From contig JBODTK010000145.1 of NCBI GenBank assembly GCA_050613775.1, positions 186,001-250,000 of the forward strand: a stretch of DNA of 64,000 bases, written 5' to 3'. The position numbers and the translations under genes were made by a program. Position 1 is the first letter of the stretch; every line of letters begins with the position of its first letter. The notes under the pieces were generated by a model that did not search any database, was not told the DNA's origin, and saw only the letters and a program-made list of their open reading frames with translations. This document shows, piece after piece, positions 28,288-43,536 of this stretch. The DNA is from Neocallimastix sp. 'constans' (Eukaryota).

Positions 28288-28878
28288 TTTTTTTTTTTAG
28301 ACATGGAAGAGAATACACTTTCATAAATTTATTAATTTTATTATAAAAAATTCATGTAAGTAAAAAGTTCATTTGAAATTAAAATTAAAAATAAAAATAA
28401 AAAATAAAAAAATAAAAAAATAAAAAAAGCTCAAAAATACTATGTATTTCGACAAGTTGTAGTATGCGAGAATTTTCCCTTCCTAACAAATAAAAAAATA
28501 ATAAAATCTAGAAGTAACATCTTTAAAATAGATAGTGTGGTTGTCCACTAAACTCTTCCCGGATTCATCATTTATTGAACAACTAAAGCGAGATTCACCC
28601 TTCATAGAAATAGATGATGATCCTTTATTATCATTATGCCTTATCAGTACAACGTCGATGCTCTTGGTTAAGTTTGGTATTTTGGAATACCTATCAAATA
28701 ATAGCTCAAACGAACTACTTATGATAGGTATTGCACTAGTAAAGAGTTCCGCCAAGCCCACAATTTTTTGGAACAGGTGACTCAGATGAACTTTTTAAAG
28801 TAGTTCATATAATTTTCTCTGTTCCCCTCTATCGAAATGTAATTCATTTAAAGCTAAAGTTCCACCAAGAAGGAACAA
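28288..28878 (-). mobile_element. 5'-truncated LINE 3' end (ORF2 C-terminus, 3'UTR, polyA)
   Basis: FLLGGTLALNE..GEQR..VGLAELFTSAIP..TKSIDVVLIRH. It is colinear with 41476-42076 and ends TATTCTCTTCCATGTCT-polyA. Confidence 0.8.
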
Positions 28879-28898
28879 TTGAATTATCAACATCAGAG

Positions 28899-28943
<45 letters not shown>

Positions 28944-29699
28944 TTTTTATTCGATATTAATCAAATCTATACTTTTTATTCATTTATTCATATTATTTTG
29001 AATTAATTTTTAAAAATTTTTTGTAAAACAATTGTAAAAGTTGTAAATGAAAAAAATGTAAAATAAATTTATTAAAATGTAAAAATAACTTTTAATTAAT
29101 AATATTTATGTGAATAGTTATTATTTTTATTTATCTATTTATTTATCTATTTATCTATTTATCTATTTATTCATTTATTTATTTTAAGTATTTGAATTTG
29201 AAAATTTAGGTTTTATGGCACTCTGTTAATATTATAGTTATTATATAAAAAATTTTATAATAATTAATATATAATAAAAGTGGTTCTATATTAATTATTT
29301 AATGTTTATGTAACATTAATTTTTGAAATATTATGAATTGTAAAACAAACCATTTAAAATATATTAATTAAATAATATTTATAATATTTATAATATAATA
29401 AATATAAATTTTATTTATATATTTAGTCAATTTGGAATTAATTTAATTCCATTTAAGGTATTTCTTTTTTTTTTTTTTAAACTTTTAAATTTTATTTATG
29501 TACATATACAATTTTTTTTTTTAACTTATTATTCTTTATTTTTTTTATTTTTTTATTTTTTTTTTTTTTTTTAATACCTTTAGAAAAAAATTAGAAATTT
29601 GAAAATAATTGAAAGTCTTATTATTAATTAATATTAATAATAATAATAGTATATCTTTTTTTTTTTTTTTACGAAAAAAATAAAAAGAAATTGAAAAAG

Positions 29700-29749
<50 letters not shown>

Positions 29750-30086
29750 AAAGAAAAAAAAATAAAAAAATAAAACATAATATAATTTATTTAAAATTAG
29801 AAAAAAAAAAATTTATTTCGAAAATAAATTTTATTTTGTTAGATTCTTTCTATCTTCTTAAAATTATTCATTTTTTTAAAAATAATTAATATTTAAATCA
29901 TATTCAAGAGTTTAAATAATTTTTAATTAAAAAAGAAGTATATATATATATAAAAGGAAAAGAGGAAATAATCATAAAAATAACTCAAAAGTTTTATAAT
30001 TTTAAAATTTTTTTTCTTTTTCTTTTTCTTTTTCTTTTTAAAATTTAATTAAAATTATTATTTTTTTTTCTTCAAAAGTAAGCAAA

Positions 30087-30122
<36 letters not shown>

Positions 30123-30650
30123 ATAAGCTTTTTAATATTGGTGAAATTAATTATAAAAAAAAAAAAAAAAAATTAATAAAAAGGATAAATTGAAAGATAA
30201 ACATCTTAGAAGACAAAATTAATCATTTATTATTTTTTGTTTTTACAGAGACTCTAAGTATAAACAATAGTAATTTGTTTTAAAATATTTATAAATAATT
30301 CAAATATAAATAAATATAACCAGTCAAAAAAAAAAAAAGAAAAAAAAAGAAAAAAAAAGTATGTTTTATATAAAAAATATTAAAACTTATTTAATATAAT
30401 ATATAACTCAAATAAATTTTGAATACATCATTAAATATTAAATTTTCATTTTTTATTATTATTGTTCTTAATAATAAATGCAATATATATATATTCATAT
30501 ATTTTTATATTGATTATAATTAAAATTAAATTTTAATATTATTTAAAAATAAATATAATAAAAAATAACAAAAATAAAAAATATCATCATTAAAAAATCG
30601 GGTTCATTTAATAATTAAGATTATATTAAATTATTAATAATTTAATAAAA

Positions 30651-32219
30651 ATGGAGTCTCATGAAGTTTATGATTTTTTGAATACTGTAACAAAAAATTC
30701 TAAGAGTTTTCCATTAACAAGTGAACAAATTAGAGATATCTATAATTTTTTAAATGAAAAATTAGTAGGTAGAGAGGAATTCAAAGATTTTCTATTTATA
30801 AATAACCCAACAGCTTATCGCAAGAAGACCAAAATAGATGAAAATTTAAAGAAAGAAACTGAAAATAAAATTGAATATAATAGTTCGGAATTAGGTAAAA
30901 TATGTGGATATTCATTTAAACCTGGTGATACTGTTTATCGTTGCTGGTAAATATTATTAATTTTTTAAATACTTATTATATATTTTATATATACATATTT
31001 TTGTTTTATATATTATCGATTGAATTAAAGTAATATAAAATTAGAATATAATATAAATATAAATATGTTTTTTTTCATATTTTTATTATATATTTTTATC
31101 TTTCTTTTTTCTTTCTTTTTTTTTTTTTAATAAAAATGAAATTTCATCAATTAAATATATAATCTAAATATATATATATATTAATTTGAAATTTTTAGTT
31201 ATAAAATTATTAATAATTTATATTGTAATATTGATATTATTTAACTTAACTTTTTATGTTTTTATATTTTAAAATAATTTATATTTATATTTATTTATAT
31301 TTTTGAATTATATATGAATAATTATTAAAATATATTATTATATATTTTTTTATTCATAAAAATATATCAATAAATAAATAAATATATGTATGGTTTTTAT
31401 AACAATTTATATTACTAGTGATTGCGCTTTTGATAATACTTGTGTTTTATGTTCAAAGTGTTTTCATGCTTCTAACCATAAAGGTCATAATATTAAATTT
31501 TACATAACGAAAAATGGGGGTGGTTGTTGTGATTGTGGTGATGAAGAAGCCTTTTTAGTTGATATAGGTTGTAAATTTCATAATGTTAAAAATGATATGA
31601 ACGGTGCTTTAAAACCACTTCCAGAACCGTTAAAAAGAAGCTTGAAAAGTGTTATCTCTCAATGTTTTACTTTTATAATTGATGTTTTGAATAAATCACC
31701 ATTTGAGATTTCAGTACCAAAAAATGATGAGGATATTAGAAAAGAAGAATCAGAAGATGGTAGTGATAAATTATATGATTGTTTAATATGGAATGATGAG
31801 GTTCATTCCTTTGATATCGTTATTACTAAACTTAAGGAAGCTACTGGTTGTTCTAATGAACGTGCTGAATTGATTTCTAAAAATGTTGATAGTCATGTAA
31901 GTTCAAAAATAATATTCTTTTTTTTAATTAGAAAAAAAAATTTTTTTTTTATAAAGATCTTAACAAATACTATTACTAAAATTTATTTTTAAACATCATA
32001 AATTATTTCAAAATTTTTTTATTGTTATTAATATATATATTATTCATAATATCAATTATTATCATCATTAACATTTTTAATCTTTTTTATTTTTATTTGT
32101 ATTTTTTTTTTCTTAATTTTTTTTTTTTTTTCATTTTTTTATTTATTATTATTTTTTATATGATAATTGTATCATATTTTTTAAAATTATAATATATTAA
32201 TATTATATTAACTATATTA

Positions 32220-32269
<50 letters not shown>

Positions 32270-35200
32270 ATATATATATTATGATAATATGAATTAAATA
32301 ATTATTTAATAATTTTTTATATAATTTTTATAAACTTTATCAAAAAAAATTTTTTTTTAATAATCCAATTTAACAATAATAGGGTCGTGGTTGTTTATGT
32401 ATATCAGAAGATATCGCAAAATTAAGAAGAATGAGTGATATTATTAATGAAGTAAAGTTACGTACTACAATTAGATTATTAAGTGAAACATTAAAGGAAG
32501 AAGTTGTTGCTTATTTGGTAGTATATTTCAGTAAATTATTAAAAGTTGTTCCAGGAATTATTTCAATTAATGATGAAAAATATGAATCAGTTAAAGATGT
32601 TATTAGAGATATAATAAATCATGAGTTCTTTAGAAAGATAGAAGATCCATCAAAATATAATCACCCAAAATTCATTAGAGAAAAGGAATTAACTATTATT
32701 GATTTATTATTTTATTATGATATTAAAATTTGGAAATCTACAAGAATATTAATTAAAGAATTATATATTAATACCTTAATTTCAGATCAAGAATTTAAGG
32801 TTAAAACAGCCGATAAATATGCTACTCATTTTCCATATATTTTAAATTTTTATATTAGTGATATTGAAGATAATTATAATATAATCGATTTTATGGTTCA
32901 AACTATTTCTCCAACATCTGTTAACTATCTTTTCACTAAAACGGATTTTTATTATGTTTTAATGAGATTAATCAAAACTAATATTTTCTGTAATTCTGGT
33001 CATTTACAATTTAGTTATAAAAATTTCTTGGCAAATTTTGAACTTCTTAAAAGTTTAAAAACAAGTAAATATGAATTCAATTCACTTACTGTAGTGAATC
33101 GTTTCACAAAAGGTTTTGATATTTTGAGTAAATCAATCGAAGGTGTTGTTTATCTCTTACAAGCTCCAAATGTAAAAACTAATTATTATCGTGAAAATCT
33201 TTCAAACTTACAATGTGCTTTAGATACGTTGATTTATTTGCAAGGTTATTTTCCACAAATTTGTTATATAGATTATCATATTGATAGTGAATCAAATGAT
33301 TGGGTTAATGCAGTAGAATATACTTTTGTTTTTGGTAAATTATTAAATTGTATTGCGGAATGTTATAAATATGATCCTAATCAACCTGAAAATTTAAAAT
33401 ATATTAAAAAAGCCATGACTCATACTCTTTCCTTCTTGGATGAATGGTGTTATTATAAAAGTCGTAAGAAAATAGTTCGTAAAATCATACGTAGACCAAA
33501 TAATTTCATTAGTACTCTTTTAAATCTCCGTCAAGAAGCAGAATTAATAGAAGTTACTACTACTGAATTAAATGAAATTAATGGAGTCAGTAATAGTGAT
33601 AATCAAGACAATTCAAATAGCAACAGCAGTAGTAGTCTAGTAAAACCAAAACAAGGTTTCCATTTCGTAAAATCTTTGGATGGTCAAGAATATGAAGTAC
33701 CAAAATATTCTATTATGTTTGGTGAAATGTCATTTATTTATCCAGTTCATTGGTTATTCTCTTACTTTGTTCGTCAACTTCCAGATATTCTAAGAAATTT
33801 GACAGAAGAAGAAAAGAATAATGGTAGTTTTGATAGAATATGGGATGATATCTTTTCTTTTTATCCAATTACTGAAGGTGAATCTGATACTGTCACAAAA
33901 GAAAATCGTATTCAACGTTTAATGGAATATCCATTACGTTGTATGACAACCTTCTCTCAAATTTATTCTAACCTTTGGATTAGAAATGGTTTAACCATTT
34001 ATCAAATGGCTTCAACCTATTCTAATGTTAAATTGCGTTCTATATCTTATGAAACAAATATTATCTTTTTACAAGTGGCCTCTTTAGTGCTTGATTCAAA
34101 TCTCTTCTTAACCTCACTTTTAGATCGTTTTGAAATTATGGATTGGTTCAGAGGTAAATCCTATGAACAACGTCGTGGTTTCAGTAACGAAAAGGTAAAT
34201 CTTTTAGTTGGTGAATTTCTACTCTTCATTATTAAACTTCTTACTTTCCGTAAGGAAATTAATGGTAAAGGTTTTATAGGTAATCTAAGAAACGAAATTA
34301 TTCATCTCTTGATTAAAAAACCACTTTCTTTCAGTGAAATTTCCAGTAGAGTCGAAAAAAGATATGCCCAATTAGAAAAGGATATCACTAGTAAAATTGA
34401 AGATATCTTGAAAGAAGTTAGTAACTTTAAGTTCCCATACGGTATTGCTGACCGTGGTACCTATGAATTAAAATCAGAATATTATGATGAAGCTGATCCT
34501 TGGTTCTATTCCTTATCTTTTAATGATCGTGAAACGGCTAAACAAAAAATTAAAGAATATGCTCTTAAGACTAGTGAAAATAAGAATGAAAGTATTGAAA
34601 ATATTGTTTTAAAACCACGTATGGAACCAATTGATCCAACTAGCGGTTTTGCTAAATTACCTAATTTATGTCGTTCGAAGGTCTTTAATGGTATTATTTT
34701 CCATACTATTTGGAATATAACTAGAGAAAAATCTGAAGATGATGAAGTTAAGGAAGAAATTGCTAACATTACTGATTTATTGGATGAAGCTACTTATTTA
34801 ATTGAAGTTGCTATTGAAGAAGAAAAGAGATGTGCTAAAGCGAATACCAATTTACCTGTTGGACATGAATCCTTTATTTGGAATGCTGCTCATCAAGAAT
34901 TTACTATTGCTGCAAAGAGTATCGATAGTAAGGTTAATTTAACTTTTGATGACGAAGAAAAAGAAGAAGATATTTATGTTGAAAACATTGAAGATGCTGA
35001 AAAGGTTGAAAGTACTGAAAATATGGAAGCTAGATTTTCATCAAATGTTTCAATGAATGATCCAACTAGTGGATCGGGAGAAAGCAAAACTATAAATTTA
35101 ATTAGTTGGTTAATTTATCTTATTGAAAAATCAGATACCTATATTACTAATTTCATTCCAAGATTATGTGCTGTTATTAAGGATGTTGGGGAGATGACCG

Positions 35201-38163
35201 ATGATAAAGAAGTTAAAGAATATATTGAAAAATGGGTTAAACAAAAGTATCTCAAGGAACACAAACAACAACTTTTGATGGAAAAGGAAGAAGAAGAAAA
35301 CAAATTAAAGAAAATGAGAGCAAAGGCTAGAAAAGCAGAACTTATGGCTCAATTTGCTCAACAACAAAATAACTTTATGATGAATACTAATTTCGATTTT
35401 GATGATGATGAATTTGAAAATGAAGACTATGAATATAATGAAGAAGAAATTAAAACTCAACATATTTATCAATTCCCTGTTAGCTCCTGTATTATGTGTC
35501 GTGAAAGTAATGAAGGTGATGATAATCTTATTGGTATGTTAGGTTATGCTCAAACTTCTTGTCATGTTCGTCAAGTCAAATTTAATGATTGTAATGATGT
35601 TTTTGAAAATCTTCAAATGAATTTCTCGTTTGATCAAGAACAAGAACGTTCCACTGGAAATACCGTAGAAGAATCTAAAGAAATTTCAGTTTTACCACCA
35701 GTAAGTCCAGTTCATAGTCAATCAGGTATCTATGTTTCTACTTGTGGTCATATGATGCATTCTAAATGTTTAGAAAAGTATGTAGATACTATCGCTCGTG
35801 ATCAACAAAATAATCCAAGAAGAAATTATTCTGTCAATATTAAGCATAATGAATTTTTATGTCCATTCTGTAAGAATATTTGTAATGTATTATTACCGGT
35901 CGTTTGGAAGGATAAACATTACACTATTCGTAACTTTGAAAGTCAAGAAGGAGATCAAGAAATTAGTCATTTCTCTCAATGGTTAGATGATATTAATAGG
36001 GCTTCTCTCACCGGCGAAGCTATATCCATTTATGGTTCAATTGAAAAGTTTAATAATGAATACATTGAATCTGTAGAAAAGAAGGAACTTGAAGGTGGTA
36101 ATGATATGGTTGTTAAGGAAAAAAGTAAAGAAAATCACGAAGAGAAGGGTATCTTTGAATTAAAATCTTTTGTAAATTCTGACTTCCTTAAGAAACTCTG
36201 TGAAGATAAAATTATAAAAACTTTACAATTTATAAAGAAGGAATTATTACATGAAAAGGTTAAATCTATTGATAAGAGTACTCTTTTAACAAATATTTTA
36301 CATGAAACCTTTAAATATACCATTCAAACTATTGAAGTCATGATGCGTGGTACAAAACAAGACTCTTCATCAGAATCTACTATTATGTATCCATTCATTG
36401 GTTTAATTGAACATGCTAATCCAAAAATTTTAAATCTTCTTCGTATTATTAATGAAATTATTTTAACGTATACTGCCATTAAAATTCAAGATAAAGAAAT
36501 TAGGGCAAAACATCTTAAGAGAGCTATTAAATTAGGACAAATGATCTTTGGTAAAAAATTAATTGGAATAACTAGTTCAATGGAATTAGATAATTTTGTT
36601 AAAGAAGAAAATAATCAAACTGAAGATGAAAGTGAATATTTCTCTGCTAATATGTCATTTGATGATGGAATTAGTGCTAATAATAATGATGGGGATGATG
36701 ATGAAGATAATGAAGATGATGATGATGATAATGGTGATAATGATAATAATAATTTTGATGGTGATATTAACATACCATTAGATACCAATGCCAATAATAA
36801 TAATACCGCTAATGCAAATGAACCTTCAAATAATAATACTATAACCGATAGTAATGTAGCTACAGCTAATGAAAATGAAGATGAAGATGAAGATGAAGAT
36901 GAGGAAGGTAGTATTGAACAAATTGAAATCGATAATGAACAAGATCAAGAAATTTTTGGAAATCTTAATATACAAAGAATAAATAATGGTGAAGATGATA
37001 ATGATGATGAAAATGATGATGATGAAGAAGAAGAGGAAGAAGAAGAAGAAGGATGGAATTATATAAATGAAGATGATGATAATGATGATGATGAAGCTCG
37101 TATTAATGAAGGAGGTGAATATTTTGATGATGATTATTTATATAGTTTTGGTTCAAGACCAAAAACTAAAGATATAGAAATTAAATGTGAAAAGAAAAAA
37201 TTACTTCATCCAATTGAAGAAGATACTTTTGCTCTTTTCGTTTCAAGTACATTCTATTTAATGCCAAAGGATAGTGATGTTTCTAATTGGACTATGCTTT
37301 TTTATACCATGGAATTAGTAAAATGTTTATTAGCTATTGCTGAAAGTGTTGGTGTTATGGAAAATCAATGGCCAAATCATCCAAAGATTAGAAATATTAT
37401 TAAAAAGTATTCTAATGATGAAGCTTCTAAGGTTTTTGAAACCTTAAAGGAAAAAGGTAAAGAAAAGGGAAAGGCTAATGAGATAAATGGTGATGATGAT
37501 GATGATGAAATTGATGTTATTATGGCCACTTCTACAACTAACTCACCAATAAAAGATCATATTAATTATAATTACCATAATCTTATGAATGATAATGATG
37601 AAAGTAAACCAATTAGTAGCTTACTCTATACCATTTTAGATATACTTCATGTTCATCCAGATATTAAAAAACGTTGTAAAATTAGTCTTTCTGAAGAAAT
37701 TTTAAGTTATGCCTTAAAAATATTTACAAAGCCATTCCTTCGTCAAGCTGTTCTCTTAATCTATTCTCGATTCTTCATTACACCAGAGGCTGTTGAACTT
37801 GATAATCAAGAATTAAATGAGTATGATAGAAATTTGAAATTCCTTAATTTACCATCTACCCTTTTTGATATTTGTAAATTTATTAATAATAATTCAAAAA
37901 TGAAGGAAATCATTAAACATTGGTGTGATCAATGGTGCGAAACCTTGAAGATGAATCCATTTGAAGTACCAGTATATATCTATTCTCATTCTGGATCAAG
38001 TATACTAAGTAAGAGAGAAAGAAAAGCTGATTCAACAGAACATATTACTAATTTGGGAATTGGTGGTGCTAGTTCTTCTTCTTCCTCTATAGGTATAGCT
38101 GTGGCTAATGATAATGGATTAATGTTAGAACCGATCTCTTTTTCTCCTCAAGAAAATCATTCC

Positions 38164-38197
<34 letters not shown>

Positions 38198-38826
38198 GTA
38201 ATAATAATAGTAATAATAATAATAATAATAATATTTCTACGACAAATAAAACAAAGTCTAATACTTCTTCAATTCATAATACTAAAGAAATGGTATCATC
38301 GAAAAATGTTTATAGATTTGTTAATCCTAATCAATTTGAATCCTATAAAATTAAGTTAAATTCCGCTTCTATCATTGAAATGTTCCCATTACCAAATAAA
38401 ATTAGTGATCTTATTGAAGAATGTTCTCATAGAAAATGTAAAAGATGTAATAGTGTACCCTATATTCAAACGATTTGTTTACTTTGTGGTGAAATGGTAT
38501 GTTTCCAAAGTTATTGTTGTATTAAGGATGATTATGGTGAATGTTACCTTCATTCTCAAACTTGTGGTAAAGGTACTGGTATGTATATATTAATTAAGAA
38601 ATGTATGGTATATATTAATAGTGGTAGTAGTGGACAATTCTTAAATGCACCTTACCTTGATATTCATGGAGAACCAGATGAATCTTATCTTCGTGGTAAA
38701 CCACAATACCTTTCTCCAAGAAGATATGAAGAATTAAGAAAGATGTGGCTTCATAAAAGTATTCCATCCTATATAGCTCAACGACTTGAAAATACTGTTG
38801 ATTATGGTGGTTGGGAAACGCTTTAA
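30651..38826 (+). CDS. UBR1: N-recognin E3 ubiquitin ligase UBR1 (exons 30651-30946, 31419-31896, 32383-38826; ~2405 aa)
   Basis: UBR box: CGYSFKPGDTVYRCCDCAFDNTCVLCSKCF..H..GGGCCDCGDEEA. ClpS-like: WNDEVHSF..VDSHGRG. Also WIRNG, a split RING-H2 (CIMC...CGHMMHSKC..CPFC), and C-terminal CLLCG..PYLDIHGE..GGWETL. Confidence 0.95.
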
Positions 38827-39745
38827 AATAAAAAAAATTTAAAAAAAAAAAAAAAAAAATTTAAAATATTTAATTCTAATTCTAATTAACCAATAATAAT
38901 AATAATAATAGTAATAAATCAGCAATAATATTCAATTTATTTTATATATATATATATATATATATTAATTTTTACATTTTTCTTATTTTAAAAATTTATA
39001 TATATATATATATATATTTGCCTATAATTATTTAAAAAAAAAAAAAAAGTAGTTTACAAAAATTAAAAAAATCTAATATATATATATATATAAAAAAAAA
39101 AAAAAAAAACTATTAGCACAAAAATTTTATTTACAAAAAAAAAATAATAATAATAATAATTATAATAATTATAACTTTTAGTACATAATATATAATTTTT
39201 TTTTTTAAAAAAAAAAAAAAAATTTTTTTTCTTTTTAATATATACAGATATAAAAATTTCAATGTTATTCAATAATAATAATATAAAAAAAAAAAAAATT
39301 AAATTTAAAATAAAAATAAAATTAAATATATAAAATAAAAATATAAATAAATAAAATTCATTAAAATTATTATATATATTTTATAATATTATTATATAAT
39401 TTTCTATATAAATTTTTTTTTTATATATATCTATTATTATTTTTTATGTTTGCTTATTATTTTTGGTCTAAAGTCTTTATTTTCTATTCTTTCTTTTTTT
39501 TTTTTTTTCTTCTCTTGATGATTTAAAATATTTTTATATTTTTAAAATAAAATATAATAATAAAATATAATAAAACATAATAAAATATAATAAAATATAA
39601 TAAAATATAATAAAAATATAATGAAATATAATAAAATATAATAAAATATAATAAAAATATAATGAAATAATATAAAATATATATAATCAATAGTATAGAA
39701 TAATAAATTATAATAAAAAATATATAATAATAAATAATAATAATA

Positions 39746-39777
<32 letters not shown>

Positions 39778-41209
39778 TAGAAATTTAACTATTATTGTTA
39801 AATACTGTTAAAAACTTGGCTCAATCAGATCAGCTAAATATATTATATATATATATTCATTTATTAATATTTTTTTTTTTTTTTTTTTTTTTTAGGAAGA
39901 ATCCATTTATTCAAATATTTATTTATTACATTTGTAATTAATTTATTATTATTATCATTATTATTATTTTTTTTTCTAAATTTTTATCTTTTGTTAATAA
40001 TTTTCATTACATCCTTTTTATTTCGTACATATTTTTTTTTTTATTCTTATTTTTTTTTTTTTTCAAATGTATTTTTCCTTTTTTCAGAATTTTTAAAAAT
40101 TAATTGCTTCATTATTATTATTATATGTATGTGGAATGTTTAAAATTTTATATTTTATATTTTGTACTCTTTTTTTTTTTTTTTTATTTTTTTTTTTCTT
40201 TTTTTTTATTTATTTATTTAATTTATTATTATAAAGTTTTTTTTTTTTTTTTTTTCTTTTTCTTATATTTAATGGTTCAATATCTGATTTCGGCTGAACC
40301 ATCATCCACTTGAACTCTTCTTTCTCTTTTAATATTATTATTATTATTATTATTAATAGTATTATTGTTATTATTAATAATTCTTATTATTTTTATTTTT
40401 ATTTATTTATAAATTTTTTTTATTAGAAATAGTATTAATGTTTTCATTTACATAAATTATCATTTAATTTTAAATGTTTCTCACGAAGATAAATTATTTA
40501 TTAATTTTATCTTCATGATCTCTCTAAGATAAATAATTTATTAATTTTTATCTTCAAGATCTCTCAAACTTTTTTTTTTGTAATTCAGAAAAGAGATCAT
40601 GAAAGGATTTAAATTTATAAGTAAAAGTTGATTTAAAAACCAACATTTTTTTTTTTTTTAATTTTTTGTACAAGCATAAATAATTTTATTTTTCTTCTGT
40701 TAATAAATTCCTTTTTTTTTTTTTTTGTTTTTTAATGCTTTGGCATTCATAATCTTATTATTCAAATAAATTATTTAATTCATTTAAATATTATATCTAA
40801 ATATTATTTATAATGTCTAGATTTCTAATTTTTTTTTTTTGTTCCAGTATGTTTAACAGAGATTCACTTGATTTATAAAATTGAGATTTTTAGTTTTTTT
40901 TTTTTATCATTTGATATACAGTTTTACAACCTTATATAATTTACATATATATATATATATATATATATATTAGGTTTTATATGGAGACTACTTGCTATAA
41001 TTGTTTGTACTGCATTATCAAATTTCTATTTGTATTCTTGTCATATCATCATAGGAGAAATCTTTATTTATATATATTAATCATAATCCCCTGCAATTAG
41101 GTGTCTATTTAGTTCTTCAAACACATTTTAAGAAGTTTTGAGTTGTCTAATTTGAAATCTTTATAGTTAAGAAAAAAAACAGATTTTCATTTGTACTATC
41201 TTTATATTC

Positions 41210-41246
<37 letters not shown>

Positions 41247-41475
41247 AATTATAGTCTTTTTTCGAGATTTCCTCATTTTCTGAAGAAGATGCTTCATTTT
41301 CATTTCCTTAAGATACTATTGGGGTAGATGAAGTATAGGTTGTTTCAGAACTATTTTTATGGGAATTTTTATTTTTTGGTATAATTTTTTTAAACATTAA
41401 AGTATTATTTTTATATTTAAATATTATATTAATTAATTAATTAATCAATTAGTTTAATATATATATATATATATA

Positions 41476-42680
41476 TTAGACAGGAAAGAGAATACATATC
41501 CATAAATTTATTAATTTTATTATAAAAAAAATACGTGTAGGTGAAAAGTACATTTGAAATAAAAAAAAATAATAAAAAATAAAAGTTAAAAATTAAAAAA
41601 TAAAAAAGCTCAAAAATACTATGTATTTCGGCAAGTTGTACTATGCGAGAATTTTCCCCTTCCTAACAAATAAAAAAAATAATAAAAGCTAGAAGTAACA
41701 TCTTTAAAATTGATTAGTGTGGTTGGTGGTTGTCCACTAAACTTTCCCCCCCCCGGATTCATCATTTATTGAACTAACAGGGCGAGATTTACCTTTCGTA
41801 GAAATAGGTGATGATCCCTGTATTATCATTATGTCTTATCAGTAACGACGTCGACGCTCTTGGTTAAATTTGGTATTTTGGAATACCTATCAATTAATAG
41901 ATCAAACGAACTACTTATGATAGGTATTGCGCTAGTTAAGAATTCCGCCAAGCCCACAATTTTTTTGGAACAGGTGACTTAGATGAACCTTTGAAAAGTA
42001 GTTCATTTAATTGTCTCTGTTCCCCGCTATCGAAAGGTAGCTCATTTAAAGCTAAAGTTCCACCAAGAAGGAACAAGTATATATAATGATTGATATAATC
42101 TTCAAAATCAGAAATAGAGTCATAGGAAAAAAAAGGATTAAACGCTCTAATCTTCCTAAGGAATAAAACATAGAGATCATCGATGAAATTTAAAGAATTC
42201 CATCTAAAAGATGCAAGAGTATCGAATTTAAAAATCCAATGTTCAAAAGATTGATTATCTTCGCCACACACAGGGACAAGTCTTGGGACAATCTTCTGAA
42301 ACACTACCCGTTCTAATAGCAATAGTAGTATTGTATTTATATATAACCACAGCGTAAACGTTATAATCCATGAAAACCCTAAGTTGAATTGGGGAATATT
42401 TTAAGCTAAGCAAAATTATAGGCTTTATTATTTGAGAACTTGTTACTATCGTAGTTTTAACCTTTACTACCTTGAAATTTGGAAACTGATTTCCAGTAAC
42501 GTTTTTAATTTTTCGTCATATTTTACACATTTATTTTTTTTTTTTTTTTTTTTGATCTTTTTGTACAAAGTTCTAGATTCTTTAGTCCAAGAATAATAAG
42601 GTATTTTGGGAATAGATTTAATAAGATCCTTTATAATACAGTTTGATTTACTCTATTTTGCAAACGATTTAACTTGTAAT
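41476..42680 (-). mobile_element. Decayed LINE 3' portion
   Basis: SNCIIKDLIKSIPKIPYYSWTKESR, LRCGY, a zinc-finger remnant PVCGEDNQSFEHWIFK and LFLLGGT. It ends TATTCTCTTTCCTGTCTAA in a (TA)n tract. Confidence 0.8.
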
Positions 42681-43536
42681 TATAAAGCATAATATCTATA
42701 TAATCTTAATTATTATATAATTTAACAATTATATATATTATTAAAAGATTTTAAATAAATAATAATTTATTATTTTATTATTTTATTATTTTATTTTATT
42801 TTTTATTTTTTTATTTTTATTTTTTTTTTTAATTAAATGTTTCACAAACTTTCTCTTAAAAAAAATTAAAAATAAAATATAAAAAAAAAATAATAAAAAA
42901 AAAAAAATAAATAAAACTAACCAAAATAATAATAAATATTATTGTTAATAATTAGTTTTATTTTCACAAATGTAAAAAAAAAAAAAAAAAATTTTATATT
43001 TGTTCAAAAGAAAAAATATAAATATTATTTATTAAACTTTCATGGTTTAATTAAATATTTATTTATATAAATATAAAATTATAAACTAGATAATTATTAC
43101 TATTATTAAACACATTAATATTAAATTATTTATAAAATAAGTTATAAAATAATTTTTTTTTTTAGATAAATATTTATAAATTTTATTAAATTAAAATAGT
43201 TTTTATTTTATCAAATTAATTGATTATATTACGATAGTAAATTATTATTTGTTAATTATTAATATTATTATTTTTTTTCTATATTATATTATTATAGTTT
43301 TTATAAAAAAAAAAGTATTAAAAAATAAAAAAACATATTATACAAAATAAAAAATGATCATTTATTATTTATTATTATCAAAATTAAAATTCTTATTATT
43401 ATTTTTTTTCTAATGATCTAAAAATTTAAAAAAAAAGTAAAATAAAGTTAATATTTTTTTGAAAATATATTAACTTTTTTCTATTTCTATTTTTTTTTTT
43501 TTATTTTTTTTTTAAAAATAAAAAATATTATGAAAT

